Origin: Amphiscolops sp. MND2022
Lineage: Eukaryota
Assembly: GCA_964187785.1 (NCBI GenBank)
Contig: OZ076409.1
Coordinates: 66,962,001 to 67,026,000, forward strand
Length of the DNA stretch: 64,000 nt
Direction of reading: 5' to 3'
Shown here: piece after piece, positions 13,301 through 27,082 of the stretch
Numbering within the stretch: position 1 is the stretch's first letter
How the letters are laid out: each line of letters begins with the position of its first letter
Position numbers and translations under genes: made by a program
The notes under the pieces: model-generated
What the model was told of the DNA's origin: nothing
Seen by the model: the letters and a program-made list of their open reading frames with translations, nothing else
Databases searched by the model: none

Positions 13301-13870
13301 TTTTTTCTTCAGACTACAATCCTCACACTGATCGGTCCATTGTTTAGAAACAATCCTGAAACCACATAAGGCCAAGTCCGGCCGAGGCAAACGTAGTCCA
13401 AAGGTTCCCCCTTTCATTTTTTACTTTTCAAGGTAACTACAAAACCGGACGGGACTAAAAGAGTCCTCCCTTTCGATTTTTTTTCGGCTGTCGCAGGCTG
13501 CCGCCTGTGACGGCACGAAAATTACAACGACCTCAATCGGACAGGAAACAGCAACAGGTATCATCCCAATCTATTAAACTTAAATCGATAAGTGAAAACG
13601 TGAACCTTTTGTGTCAATGTTCCATTTTTTGCACAATTTTGTATTTGACAATGCTACTCATTTCATTTTACTTTATAAGGATTAGTCTGTTAAGGCTCAC
13701 AATCAAAGAATCCAAGCTGAATATTTTGATGTATAACAGTGCAATTATATACTCAAAGTAACTGAAGCTAGAATGTAAGCAAGTGTACGCTGTATCGGAA
13801 ACGAGTTCAAGTGGACGAAACTCCGATTCCGGAGATGTCACTTGAGCTCGTTATATCAGCCAATCAAATC

Positions 13871-14384
13871 GCTTCATTTGTAATACTAGTATAGTTTTCA
13901 TTTAGTAATGGCCGAATAAGGCCAATTGACTTAATATAGTTGCCTTTGATTAGTAATTTGGTCAAATGGCCGGTTCCAGCTATTTTGTGAAAAGTGATGT
14001 TGCGATACCAATTATGTTTGTAATTACCCAGTATTACTGTAATTGTGCTTCTTGTACTAAATAGTCGCCCTTGTGCAGTATTAGTTGCTAAATAAGCTAG
14101 ATTGGGAATTAATTGTCGGCTTAGGCCGCTTCATTTGTAATACTAGTATAGTTTTCATTTAGTAATGGCCGAATAAGGCCAATTGACTTAATATAGTTGC
14201 CTTTGATTAGTACTTTGGTCAAATGGCCGGTTCCAGCTATTTTGTGAAAAGTGATGTTGCGATACCAATTATGTTTGTAATTACCCAGTATTACTGTAAT
14301 TGTGCTTCTTGTACTAAATAATCGCCCTTGTGCAGTATTAGTTGCTAAATAAGCTAGATTGGGAATTAATTGTCGGCTTAGGCC
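13871..14384. repeat. Two-copy 257-bp tandem duplication inside the solo LTR
   Basis: Units 13871-14127 and 14128-14384; two substitutions seen. Confidence 0.95.
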
Positions 14385-14961
14385 ATTTACCTACTTTTCT
14401 CTGTTGCTAGTTTAATATTATGGATTTGGCCAATCCCGGCCGTATTACGAAAATACCTTTGTTCCAATCTTCCTATGATAAAATGCGTTGTGCTGAAGTG
14501 TTTCATAAACTTATGCATGTGATATCGTGTTTTCACTCCTTGATAAATTCAGCAGTATTCGGGTGGCGGCACGCGTCAAAATTGCTTTCTGATGTTGTAT
14601 GCACTAAATACCAATGATGGCGAGTGATATTTGTTGACACTCTGTTTCTAATATTTTCACTAATAATTTGTTTGAAGTTGCGGTTTGGATTAAATACCTC
14701 TTAGAATGTTGCTTGTTGATGAACTTCTCGAAATACGTAAAATATCGGGAAAACACCATAAAGTCATGTATCGTATCATCTAAATCTTGACTAGAGAATG
14801 TAAAGAATGCGTGTGTCATCCCCTCAGGGTATATATTCAGATATCTTGCCTGAGGCGGACACTTATCAAATTTGCTTGTTTTAGTAAAGATACTTCTCAA
14901 AACGGTTACACCGTTAATTTTCTGACTTAGATAACTCATTATTTAACACGGATTCTTCTCA

Positions 14962-15526
14962 ATGCCTACTACTAGAAAACAAAAGAAGGCCAGAAAGTCA
15001 AGGGAACTTGAAATCCTCTCAGATATCAAAATTCTCGACGTTATGTTAGGAGAATCTCAACGGGATGAGTAGAGAGGAAAATTTAGATAGCAATTCAGCT
15101 AGAAGGCCTGAAAGTGCCACTAGTGACAGTCTTAGAAATGAGGAAGAGAAATCATATCTAAATCAAAGGAATGCTAGTTCAGGGATCAATGCCGATTACG
15201 GCCGGAACTCAGTTGATGCTAGCTCTCACGCTGAGATCAATAGACTGTCGAGCGAATTGAATTCCAGATTATCTAGGGAGATGGACGAGGTGATGAACAG
15301 TGTCAGTGTTCAAATACAAAGAGGCAAAAACGATGCAATTAGTAATCAAGTTTGCCCCAGATTCAAAATGCCATTATGGCTGGTTCAGGACACGTGACCA
15401 GAAAATGATGGGACGTTCCGACCGAGAGACCGGAAACAAATCCTGAAGTTCTGCGAAATGTAGGTACTAGAGATAACTCAAGAAGTGAGAATGTCCAACA
15501 TCTGCGCAATCACAATGATTACGACA
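14962..15526 (+). pseudogene. Frameshifted ORF start (probable gag N-terminus) within the solo LTR
   Basis: MPTTRKQKKARKSRELEILSDIKILDVMLGE / SREENLDS...EINRLSSELNSRLSREMDEVMNSVSVQIQR / IQNAIMAGSGHVTRK*WDVPTERPE...YD runs to the LTR end; two frameshifts and one stop. Confidence 0.55.
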
Positions 15527-16309
15527 TCGGCACTGTGCGACATTTTTCGAAAAAAAGTTCAAAAATTTCAAGTTTTTCTTTCAAAAAAATGTTTTGCGCT
15601 TCTTGAGCCTTAGATATAGCGCCGACTTTAGACGTTCTCGTCTTGTTTGAATTAGAAAAAGAGTGTTATAGCCCTTCGGGTTTTTGGCAATGTAGAATTT
15701 TTTGGTAAAATTTTCATTTCAGAAAAAAGTTCCCACTTTATTTTTTCCGAAAAGAAGCACAAAAGCTTTGGTTTTCTGATGTTCCCGCAGAGTGCAAAAA
15801 TCAAAAAGACCTCTTAACCCCAAAGATTCCCCATTCCGGCTTTTTTCGGTACTGTGAAAATGAAAATTCATTCGAAAGGAAATCCTTGACGCTTTGAATT
15901 TGTTTTTCTATTTTTGAGCATTCAGAGGGACGCCGGTGTAGTCCATCCCCGGTTTGTTCCAGTTTCTTTACGCATTCTGGGACACTATTCAAAAATATTT
16001 TTGTTTGGTTGTGATTACCCACGGAGTACGACAATTGAGGAGTTCTTATCACACTCTTTAGGGAAGAAATCTGGTTTCTTACTTGTCTTGAAGAGTGCTC
16101 AAAATGTTTTGAAAAGCTGGAATCTATGTTTTGACAATTTTTTTTAGGTTTGGGCACTTTTTTTCAGTCGGCCCTTTCAAAGAAAAGTGCCCAACTCTTT
16201 CAGTGGGTTTTTTTTATATTTACTTCGTCCAAAACAAAAAGAAAAACCGACGTCCAGAACTTTGAAAACATACTGAGGACACCCCTCGGGGCATAATCAA
16301 TTGGATTTG

Positions 16310-16833
16310 ATTCATTTGGGTAGGAATCATTCAGGTAGTTTCCGACTCTTTTAGGTAGTTTTTTCCTACGCAAATGAATCCTACCCAAATGAATTTGCCC
16401 ACTCGGATCGAAAAATGAACATGTCATATCAAGCACCCCTCGGATATATGCCCATTTCGTCTAGTGCCCCGCGGCCCCTCAGGGCCGCTAATGCTCCCAT
16501 CTAGCTAAGCAAGGTCAACCAGGAGCAAAAACTTAGCGGGAACGGAGATCGCGAAGCGATCGCAGAGGGAGCTGGTCTTTGCGACGGCGAGCGGGAGCGT
16601 GCATACACCGCATATGCCCCACATCATATTTCGCGATTAGAGACCGCCATTTTGAAATCTGAAATCAGAAATACAACTTTTTGTTTTAAGTTAGTTCTCT
16701 CGTTGTTGTAATAAAGTTCCTCTCGGACGTTTTCTTAATTTTAGAAGGACGACTCAATTGGGTAGGAAAAAAACTACCCAAATGATCTTACCCCAAAATC
16801 CTACCCAAATGATTCCTACCCAAGTGAGTTGGC
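16310..16833. mobile_element. Foldback-like MITE with long TIRs made of ~15-bp units
   Basis: (ATTTGGGTAGGAATC)-like units at 16310-16395 are mirrored at 16750-16830; GC-rich core. Confidence 0.65.
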
Positions 16834-16844
16834 TAATTTTTTGA

Positions 16845-18496
16845 CACTAAGAGATGTTTTTGAAAATTTTCGGATTGCACCAAAGGGTCTCCTTAATTTG
16901 TGTCAATATTTTGCAACAGAATGGAGGTTTAAAAATTCCGAAAGGTCTCCCTTTTACATTTTTCGGCACTGTGACACTATCAAAGACCTCATTTTTTAAC
17001 ATTTTCCGAAATTTTTTCAAACGCTCCAAAGGGTTCCCCTTCAATTTTTTTCATATCTTGCAACAAACTGGAGCTTCAAAATGCCCAAAGGGTCCCCTTT
17101 TACAATTTTGAAAACTTTTCGCTTTGTGAGCCTTGAGTATAGCGCCGACTTTGGCCGTTCCCGGCTTGTTTTGGATAAATTGGTGAATTCTCGTCAGCAA
17201 TGAAGAGAGTTGCAGCAACCATCTACACACACCCGAGATGCCACGTAATATGGCTACTTTTGAGTCTAAACAACTCCCAAAAAACTGGGCTTTATGCTTT
17301 TTTGACAACATTGCTAGCAGAAGTCTCGAAAGTGACAATAGATACTTCAGAAGTGGTTCCACATGTGTTGGAGTAATCATTTTCGTGTATTTTGCATTTC
17401 TTAATTCTCATTTTTTGTCGGCATTTTCGCAGAAAAAGCAGACAACAGTAATGACTTCTTTTAAAACTGACGAACTGACAGATTTATAAATTTCTATAAG
17501 CTCATATTAACTTGAATCTTCTAACTGCCACTTGGCATAGAGGTTAACTCGGATGTTTTAAGGTCCGAGAAACAGGAGTTCATGGGTTCAAGTCTCGCAT
17601 TGAACCATTTTTGTTTGCAAAAGTAGAGGGGAGACCAGCGGGTCCCCGTTTGGGAGTTTTTCTGCACAATGCAAACTTTTTCCTAAAGTTTTTTGAATCG
17701 AAGTGCCCCTTTGATTTTCAGCGGAAACAAAGCCTTTTGCAAGCATAGAGGGTAACCGTAATTTTGTTCGGCACAATGCGATTTACCGAAGGCTAAAAAA
17801 TTCTGAAAAACACTTTTTTTTGGAAAATTTTTCTCGAAACTGTTGTTAAAATTTAACTTCTTTTTCATCTAAGTGTTCTGTGAGAAAAACTCTTTTGCGA
17901 GTCCTAAGGGTAACCTCTTTGATCATTTTGTGGTTTCAGGGGGACTGATGACAGTTTTCTCAATAATTTTCTGGCACCGCGGCTTTTTTCTGAAATTTTT
18001 TTCAATTGTTTGAATGGTACAAGTTTCACTTTATTGAATGTTTTCGGCCTGAAAAAGCGTTTGGCGTGCTTAAAGCTCCCTTTTTGGCACTATGAAGTTT
18101 TTGTCCGAAGAAATTATCACAAAAATGTCTTGAAAAAACTTTGATTTTTGATGTTTGCAGTTGGGAAGAAGCGTTTTTCAATCTCATAGCGTGTCTCTTT
18201 GGTTATTTTCCAGCACCGTAAATTTCTCACAATTTGATAAATTTTATAAATTTCTCACAATTGTGATTCTGCATGTTTAAAAAACCTTACGAGGAGTTTT
18301 CGGTTGAGCAAGATGGGTTTTTGCAGCTTCAAGTTGGGGAAAATGTGGTTTTCGAGTCTAATGCGTATCCCTTCGGTTATTTTTTGGCCCTCTAAAACTG
18401 ATGAAATTCTAACAATAGTGTCCATTTGCATATTTAAAAAACGTCACTTTTTGTGAACCTTGAGTGGGGCACCGACTTGAGCAGTTCCGGATTGTT
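16845..18496 (+). repeat. Cluster of dispersed repeat family copies
   Basis: CCAAAGGGTC(C/T)CC units, TTTTCGGCACTGTGA, and terminal GCGCCGACTT..GTTC..CTTGTT motifs at ~17128-17170 and ~18456-18496. Confidence 0.6.
17530..17606 (+). repeat. tRNA-derived SINE-like head
   Basis: TGGCATAGAGG (A-box-like) and GGTTCAAGTC (B-box-like); resembles 48-110. Confidence 0.35.
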
Positions 18497-21410
18497 CTTC
18501 AATCTTTTGTCGTGCGGTTTTTTGATAAAAACTAAAGGAAATCATTTCTTTCGCTTTCCAGTTTTACCAGTTTTACATATGCAAACTGAAGACGGTTGAA
18601 GCAAGAATGTACACAGAACAATAGATTAGTGAGCTACATTTGAGATGAGAATGTTTCAAAAAATGTTGGTCGCGTGCTTTTTTGACAGGGGACATTTAAT
18701 TTTTTTGAAGTTTGCTTGGATGTTTGCTGCTTATTTTATGCAAGTTCCTGAAAAGTTTCGAGACGATGCTGTGCCCCCCCCCCCCCAGTTTTAAGTTTCG
18801 CGAGCTTTGCGCTGAACACCTTTGAGCCTATGTTTTAAGTTCATAGAAAAATGATATTAGGAATTTTTCGTGTATTTCACCTTGAAATTATCAAAAATGC
18901 AACAAATGGCTACAACAGAAATTTCCAGAATCTTCCCACTTGCTGATTTCATCTTTTATTTGCTTGTTCGTGATTTTTTAGATAACGTTCGTCTCGAACT
19001 TTTTTCACAAACAGAATTTAAAATTTTCATCACTGTCGAGAGTATGTGAGTGACTGATCACGTTTTCACTGATGAGATTTTTACCGGACACCGTATGAAG
19101 CGAAAAAAAATCAAGTTTGGTAACGGATAGGTTTTTCCACTTTTCGAATACTTTCATTGCATGTCAAACAACTCCTGCAAAAGAATAGTTTCATTCCCAG
19201 CTTGAAGCAAAATTCTTCATCGAAAATTCTCTCGAGCCTCTTCTTTTTAAGTTTTAAATATGTATTTTTCTCTCTAAGCTGTTGTGGGCGCATTATGGAG
19301 CCGAAAAAAAAACGACGAAGTTTTCATTCTTGGAGAGCGCGATTTTGAAGCCGATTTAATGACATACCTAAGATGTTTAAAAGTTAAAACTTAAGGGTTA
19401 GGATATTTTTCAGGCTTTTCCCTAGCAGACGTGAAAATATTTTTGATCAAGTTCTAGATACTCAATAGGGAAAAAACTTACATGAAGCTCACTGTCTCTC
19501 AAACTTCATATGGAATTCCAAAATTTTAACTTCGATAGGTTGACTCAGTAAAATAATGTAATAACACATAATGATTCATAGAAGCTCGCCATAATTTGCA
19601 ATGTTAAATCATGGCCGGGTCGCCCATTCAGAAAACGGAGCCGGAAGAAAACAAACCTGAAATTTGTGCGAAAATTGACTTAAAAGGGAGAATAGTCCCA
19701 CAAGTTAAGCTTAGCAATAATCAAAATAAACCAAATTTTCGACTGAGCGGTCTAATGATTTTGCGGTCTGTTTGATTTGAGTCATGCCAGTTTTTGAGCT
19801 GAATCAACGAAATGCAATGTCTTTCAGAAATTTGGCAGCTTTGCAGATTGAAAACTAATTCCCGATAAACAGTTTTGAATGAGAGAAACCGAGCAACAAT
19901 GTTAATAAACAGAATCCTGTTCGAAACCCAATCAATGGAAAAATGTGGAAATGTCTCTTCAAAGCTATTCTGACAATTTACTTTGAATGATAATTGAATA
20001 AAATGATTTGATTGTACTGTATGCATTCCGTAACGTCACGTTTTTGGGTTCACGTTGACAAATTGACGTTATGCAGGAAAATTAATAGATTGGACAAAAT
20101 ACTTTAGAGCCAAACACCAAAAACACAATTTAATACAGGAACAACATACTAGTATAGTGAACCTTTATTACACTAAACGCGGGAGCGAAGCGAGGTGGAA
20201 CGACGTGCCATTTCTGACGAGCGAATGGTTTTGATGAAGACGATCTGGAGGAACGTCAAGTGTTCCGAAAGAAGGAAGGCTTAGTTATATACAATCAATA
20301 TAATTACTCTAAATTTATATTCCATGAAATGCTCCATTGTTAAATTAGCTTATTCGTCTAATTCTGTCTTGTCGATGAATTAGTTTAACACATCATTAAT
20401 CAAGTCAGTGGTTTTTTGCCCCTGTGGCATTTTGCACCGCAACCATTTTCCTAATGGGAAGTCATTTCTAATGTGAACTTTTGAATGATTTTGTCAACAA
20501 ATTTTGTCTTTGATTGCAAAAATTGTTCTGGAGTTTTGGGCTTACCAAAGGCATTACTCTAAGGAGACCAAATATTTTTCAAAATAAATGGTATCAGACA
20601 CGATACACTACTCTAATTAAGGTGTCAAAGATAGTAACGTAGCTTTAGAAGCGACTAACTTCCAGCAGAAGATCTAAATTTCTAACAAAAAGAGTTGGAA
20701 TTGATTGTGGAAATACCCAGACTGGCTTTATTGAGTACAAACAATTTTTGTCTGCTATTATGTATGTATGCTTACATAATTGTTACGTAACTCACTCCCT
20801 AGTCTGGTGTGGGAAAACAATTGCGGGAACCAAAAAGTAGGGTTTTCCCAATAACTGTTTTCCCGGTTTATAAGTCCAACTTCCATAAAAATCGCCAACT
20901 GCTGGCGTTTTATAACAACATCAAAACGCAAAACAGCCAAGCGTCTATAATTAACTTCCTTCTTTTATCGGCAGAGTTGACTAGACTGGCTTTGGGAGAA
21001 TAACGTTTAGACAATTCTAGTGCCTATTCCGAATCACTTGACCGTATCAGCAGAAGATTGAATGATGAAGTTGCCGGTTTTGGGCGTATTGAGAAAACGA
21101 ATAAACTTCCCGAACAAAAATTCACGAAATCCAAAAATTTTTGCAGTAACTGGATCGTTCAAGGTATCTGATGATAAAAATGGCATAATTATTTTGCTGA
21201 GATAATTATAAAAATTATATCAAGCATTAGGGCTACTAAGCATCTGCTACCAAGATACAAAGGTACATAGGTATACGGATCGTTTTTATTGTACATATAC
21301 CATTACGAATTGTTTGGATGTCCGGACACTCGCTACTAGGACATATATGATGATTGCTACTAAGCTTCTTGCTACTAATTGGGAAGATTCATGAAAAAAA
21401 TCTCAATTTA

Positions 21411-21419
21411 AATAATAAT

Positions 21420-21454
<35 letters not shown>
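21411..21454. repeat. (TAA)n microsatellite, possibly the tail of a decayed LINE
   Basis: Direct observation of the repeat; the LINE origin is inference. Confidence 0.8.
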
Positions 21455-21455
<1 letters not shown>

Positions 21456-22262
21456 TATAATTTCTTCTATGGCATTAACGACCGAGAATTTTGGAGCCAT
21501 AGAGAGTCTCCGAGCCAGTTTACCCTTGGCCATAGGAAGTTTTGGCATTTTGCCCCTTTAGGAATTGTCCACGATAGCGGCAGTATTACCAATTTAACTA
21601 CCTAGCAAAAGTAAGAGTGCATGCATATGCGCAGTTCGCTGCGATCAGCGTAACAAAGGAATAACGAAAAAGTAATTACACTCGCTATGGCAGGTGGTGT
21701 CAAAGGTAGTCAGCCCATGTACATTCGTTCAACGGGGTTCTGACATCATTTCATTACTCTGTAAAACTGTTTCTGTTATCCTGATGAAATAACAGTTGTT
21801 TATTTAAACAATTTCAAACGTTTTGAAACAAATTCGATCGAAATTGTGATTCCATCATAGTTACTAACAGCAGTAGCATTACTTCCTATAGGACTTCCCA
21901 TGGCAAAAACACTTAGATTGAGTATACTGATAACAAAATGGATACAAAATCGTTAACCAAGATGGTTTAGATGACAAGTTTTATCGTAATGAGTTCAACG
22001 TGGAAATTACATTGCATTTGACACCACCAATTATTGCGACAAAGCAAGCAAACGAACATTTTACACCCTCGAAAACATAATATCAACAACTCGAACAAAG
22101 ACGTTGAAACATAATTTTGTGTTTTTGGTGCAAAATCCGCTACAAATCCTCAAAAAGAAATCATTGAAAACGCTTCCTCAGAAATGAAGGCGCCTCTGTT
22201 TGAAAAACCAGACTAATACCTGAGCCCGATTAGACGTTATTCTTGAGTAATGATCTTTTCCG

Positions 22263-22667
22263 TGATCAATTTTGTATTAGACTACCCTTGGAATTAGCGA
22301 AAAATCTGAACAAACTTTGACGTTTGTTTTCTAGAAGTTGTCGCAGGCAAACTACTAATTTGACTATGGGATGAATTCATCAATTGAAGCGCTTCATTAC
22401 TGCATCAAAGGCGCTTTTAATTGCTAGACCTATATGGAAAAAAATCGCGTTTTGGTTTTTATACTGATCAATTTTTTATTAGACTCCCCGTGGCAATAAC
22501 TACAAAGCTGAACAATCTTCGATGCTTGATTTCCATAAGTTGCGGCAAGCAAACTACTGAGTGAACTGTGTGATAAAATTCTCAATTGAGCAGCTTCTTT
22601 TCTACATCAATAGTTCCCTTTATTTGCTAAAACTTCCACGAATACATCAGCTTTTTGGTTTTTATAA
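22263..22667. repeat. Diverged two-copy ~202-bp tandem repeat
   Basis: TGATCAATTTT.TATTAGACT..CC.TGG at 22263 and 22465, colinear through TTTTGGTTTTTATA. Confidence 0.8.
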
Positions 22668-25600
22668 TAGAATCATTTCAATCCAAAATTTCGCAAAAAA
22701 CGCCGGTATTCAAATTTTTTCAACTCAGTAAGGTGCAATGTTTTCAAACAAGACGTCACACATGCATCTGAGAAATCAGATATTCAATTCGAAGCGCGTC
22801 GAGAGATCTACATCCTGAATGTTTTTAATTCCAAAAAATCTTAGAAGAAGTCAGTCATTTTCACTAGAAATCAAAAAAGGACGAAAAAAATTTAAAACAC
22901 AGACTTACAACAGAAACCAATTTCTAGGCGTGTTTAAACTAACTTATACACCTTGTACCACCCTCCCCATTCAACAAAACTACCAAATTCCAGTGAAACG
23001 AGCCTGAAATCGCATAATCAGATAGAACAGTTTTGCCATCACTCCGCTCAAATGAGCATTAAATTCATCAAAAGTTTCAATACGGTTCATTGAAAACCCT
23101 AAAAACAAAATTGGGATATCATTGCGTTAACACTTTTCGAACTCACAAAAGCAGATAATGGAGAAAAAGTGTCACATTTTTACTTGATTGCTAAAATTGC
23201 AGTTCAGATTTTTATAAGCAATTATCATAAAGCTAGTGCTATTCTCGTCAATTACAGATTTTCAAAAAGTTCTGATATAATTTGGACAGAATTATATTTG
23301 GATATTTTAGTTTGTAGCTTTCACTGAAGTTTCAGCAATCAATTTGAAAATAAAAGATGAGTTGAGTAGTTGGAAATTGACCTCCTTTGCCAACAAAATT
23401 CTTATAGTAACTTCATTTTATCCAACGGAAGTCTAATAATAAACCGATAATTATTTTCTTACATCAAGAGTCTAGTAATATTTCTTGCTACATATGCGAA
23501 ATCAAGCTTGTACGGCCAACACACGATTAGAATAGAGTTAAAGGAAGTTACTTTCAGTGATAGATCGCTTAGCCAATGAGAGTTGAGCTCGATATGGCAT
23601 TCCAATTTTGTTTACAATCCGCGTCCGACAGTTCCGCTTGCGATACATTGCGAGTCTAATAGTTCACAAAAGGTACATCGAAAATGTTTGGGCGTCTGAA
23701 AACCGTTTCAAAACGTAATGACTCGAACAGAAAAATATGAAAAGTTGTTCTTGCTATTGGCGAAAGCGTTTTCGAGTATTTGTAGTAATTTGTTATTGCT
23801 CCGTTGCGGTCTTTGACATACTCAAAAGTTCACTGGAACCATAGAGAGTATTTGTGCGGCTATTGAGAGTAGTATTGTTATCGATTTTTTTTGCCATAGA
23901 GAGTAGTATAAATATAATAATAATAATAATAAAAACATACCCAGGTCTACAGTCCAAGACTTTTCATCCATGATTCATGGGTCCGCAATGTGAAAAATCA
24001 TTCCATGATCGTGGATTAAGGGCTGTGGAAAACTTGAATTTTGAGAGCGGAGAGATTTTTCCACAAACCTAACTCTATCAGAAAGAGCTTTATTTGGCGA
24101 GTTTGGCTTTGTTGTGCTGAACGGACTAGTTTGGCTAGTTTTCGTTCCAGTTTGCACTTCGGCTAAGCACGATTGATCAAGAAACATTTAGCGATATTAA
24201 CATTGGTTTTTTGATTAACATTAGTGATAATGAAAACGATTCTTTATGAAGACCAACCACGCATGGCAGAACTGACTAAGATTCAGATCCACAAGGCAAC
24301 CACTCAATACTCCAATTCCATGGGAAGCAAAGTACCTCTAACTATTTCACTCAGACTTCAGCGTTCGCTGGCGACAATTGCTAGTGTTATTCAGAACAAA
24401 CATTTTGTCTTCACGACACTCAACTTGCTACCAGCCTACTAACTCGGTTGTGGTCACTGAAGGAATCCCTATTCCTCCCCAAGTATAATTGTTGTTAATC
24501 GCACGTGTTTTCGGTGATCTAATCATTACATTTCAATCAACTTGGAATCTACACTACTGATAGTTGGCATCTTGAGTTTGCATGTAGTCACCCTCATGTT
24601 TACATCATCTTCCTACGGTATAGGGAACGCCTCTATCAAACATAGCTATACTTTGACTAAACGTTTGTTTCCGTCAATGACAAAAAATTAAACAACTTGT
24701 CCGAATTCACTTACCATAATAATTCAAGTCTCGGAAGATAGCTCTGAACGAGCAACGATCATTCAATGACCTCCACTTACTTATACCATATTCTCACCGT
24801 GTGGGGGATACTTCGCATCATTTTGTGGGCGGCTCAGCGCGAATCGTCTCGCCTATTTGAAATGCCTCAATTATCACGCAAATTACGCTGACTTACAAGT
24901 TTTTATTCAGGTGTTGTAAATTAAGGGTTCGCCCGCGAAAGATGACGTTGAGGCCCGCCTGTGACTTTGAACCTTCGCCGTGTGATTTACCGTTCCTATA
25001 TGCCAGGATATAAGGTCACATGGTTAATGGTCTCCGAATTTCATGATTTGCGTGCCGTTTGCTTACTTACGGCAGCTACCCTCGTAGTTCAATTCAGGAT
25101 AACCATCGAATGCAAACAAAATTGCGATTCCTTTTCAGGTATTACAAACCACATGCCCCTTTTTGCCCGGGCCCCCGCAGAAGGTCCCGCGTTCCTTAAA
25201 TACTTAATACTCATCGCGCAAAGGACCGAAAAATGTAAAATTTGTGTTTCTTAATCACTGTGGGTAGGTGAGTAGCTTGGATATGTTCCATGATTGTGGG
25301 GTTAACTGAAGATTTACTTGACTTTCGAGTTTTTCAGAGGTCTGGGTCGCCCCTAGACCTGTCGTAGGACTACAAAACTAAACGCAAATGACCTAATAGT
25401 TTATGGACATCCATTCCTTATATAACACCACTCATTTCGAGTGTCTTAGAACGTTTTCTTTTAAATTTAAAACTTAGTAAATCTTGGTTAGGTGATCAAC
25501 ACTTTTTGAATTTTAATTTTTAGAAATATTGATATCACTCTTGGTTTATATTTAGAAATCGTCTCCTAAGTTGGGCACCACGTTTGTCAACTAAGCCTTA

Positions 25601-26716
25601 AGAAAACTCGCTATGGTTACCAATGCGGCTCTCTAGAAACGTGATAAACCTAGTTCTACCTTTAGTCTGCGCTTCGCGCAAAAACAATGGGATTTTAACA
25701 AAGGCGCCAAATGTAAAAATACGAAAACCATTATGCTATGGGTGATTATGGATGAAAAACTATGATGCTATGTATGTATGATCGGCGACGGCAAACCATG
25801 ATGCCATGACTGATAAGTGGTAAATGCCCGCTCTTTTAACCTTGAAGAAAGCCTAAACATTCTATTTGCTGGTAATAGTGATGCTCTTAAATACCACTTC
25901 TTGTGAACTGAAAGTTGTAGTTTTCTGTCTGAAAGTTAAAGATAATATAGTAAATTGCAAACTCAATTCAGTTTCAAAAAGTTTTATAGATATTTTTTGT
26001 TGCTTCCTGATATTTCCGCAGGAAACTTTCTCGTAAGCAAATTTGTTTCCAGGTGAATGCTCTTGATTTTTTTTGCCGGAATAAATTAGTTATCACAGAC
26101 TTGCTAAAAACTTATATGGATAACAAAACATGTACTTTCCTTTCATCTTCATGGATGAATCATGGGTTTAGGTCAAAGCCATGGTCATCAAAGATCAGCC
26201 ATGATTCGAATGCAATGAAATTCACCATGGATAATAAGTCATGATTTTATTGCAATAAAAAGCACTAAAGTTGATTATCCATGACTCGTATGTAATGCCG
26301 AAAAAAGTTATGATCAAGGATGAAAGCCATGAGGGTCAGCGTACGTTATCTGTTATAGTAGTTAGTATTGAAACTCTTTGGGGGCGCGAAGAAGAATTAA
26401 GGAATATATCCCTCAATACTTCTTTCCGCCAAAAATAGTTTCAATTATAACTTTTAGAAATTGCGTGGGCAGTTTGATGCTATGTTCTAATGCTTCCGGC
26501 AGCAGTTACATTTGGTTAAATGTTCGCTGTTATATGCCCGCTTCTATGAAAATTTCAGCTAGAAATTTTAAAATTAAAATGAAAATAAAATTTCTAATGG
26601 ATATGGAATTTTTTCTTCAGTTCAATTCCGTTGGCTATTTAATTTTCATTCATATTCAACCGTTTCAATTCAAACAGTTCCGTCATATTTAAAAAGGAAA
26701 CAGATAACGAACGTCT

Positions 26717-27082
26717 CAGGGTTGGCAAGTTTTAAAAAAAAACGTTTTAAACACAGCGAAAAAAAACATGGTTAAAACACGTGAAAAGAACAGATGTTTT
26801 TCGTTTGTTTGTAGTTGTACTAGAATGCCATCGATGATGCTTCATGAGAACAATCTGGTTTCGGCGGTACCAAATTCTGCCGGATTGGAGCGACACGTTT
26901 CGTCAATGGGGATGAGTTACGGGACCCGTCTAGGCTCGAAAGCTGTGTTTTTGTATAAACAACTGAATAAGTTATGTGATCTGAAAAATTGGGAAAAACA
27001 TTTTTCGGAAAAAAACATGTTTCTTTTCAAAAAAAAACAAAAGAACTTCAATTCTAAAAAAAAACAATTTTCTCAATCCTTG
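26717..27082. mobile_element. hAT-type MITE, same family as 7185-7592
   Basis: CAGGGTTGGCAA...TCAATCCTTG ends; shared internal TACGGGAC and AAACAACT.AATAA..TTTTTCGGA.AAAAACATGTTT; no TSD recovered. Confidence 0.65.

Larger units (their letters stand above)
13489..15526 (+). mobile_element. Solo LTR (~2.0 kb) of an LTR retrotransposon
   Basis: Termini TGTCG...CGACA; perfect 5-bp TSD TCGGC (13484-13488, 15527-15531). Confidence 0.8.
13200..15650 (+). repeat. Dispersed repeat family copy split by the solo LTR at 13489-15526
   Basis: TTTTCGGC|ACTGTGCGACATTTT is restored when the insert is removed; conserved end GAGCCTTAGATATAGCGCCGACTTTAGACGTTCTCGTCTTGTT (~15604-15647) recurs at ~17128-17170. 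Confidence 0.65.

Noticed and set aside
16310..16833. Short regularly spaced repeats resembling a CRISPR array (also 8351-9183 and 44508-44645)
   Set aside because: No unique spacers of constant length, inverted arrangement, eukaryotic context and no cas genes; these are MITE subterminal repeats
20028..20391. Possible minus-strand solo LTR (TATA- and AATAAA-like signals)
   Set aside because: Could not establish TG..CA ends with a TSD
23940..26340. CATG-rich patches (~23940-24015 and ~25730-26340) suggesting another CMC-like element
   Set aside because: No matching pair of termini or TSD found
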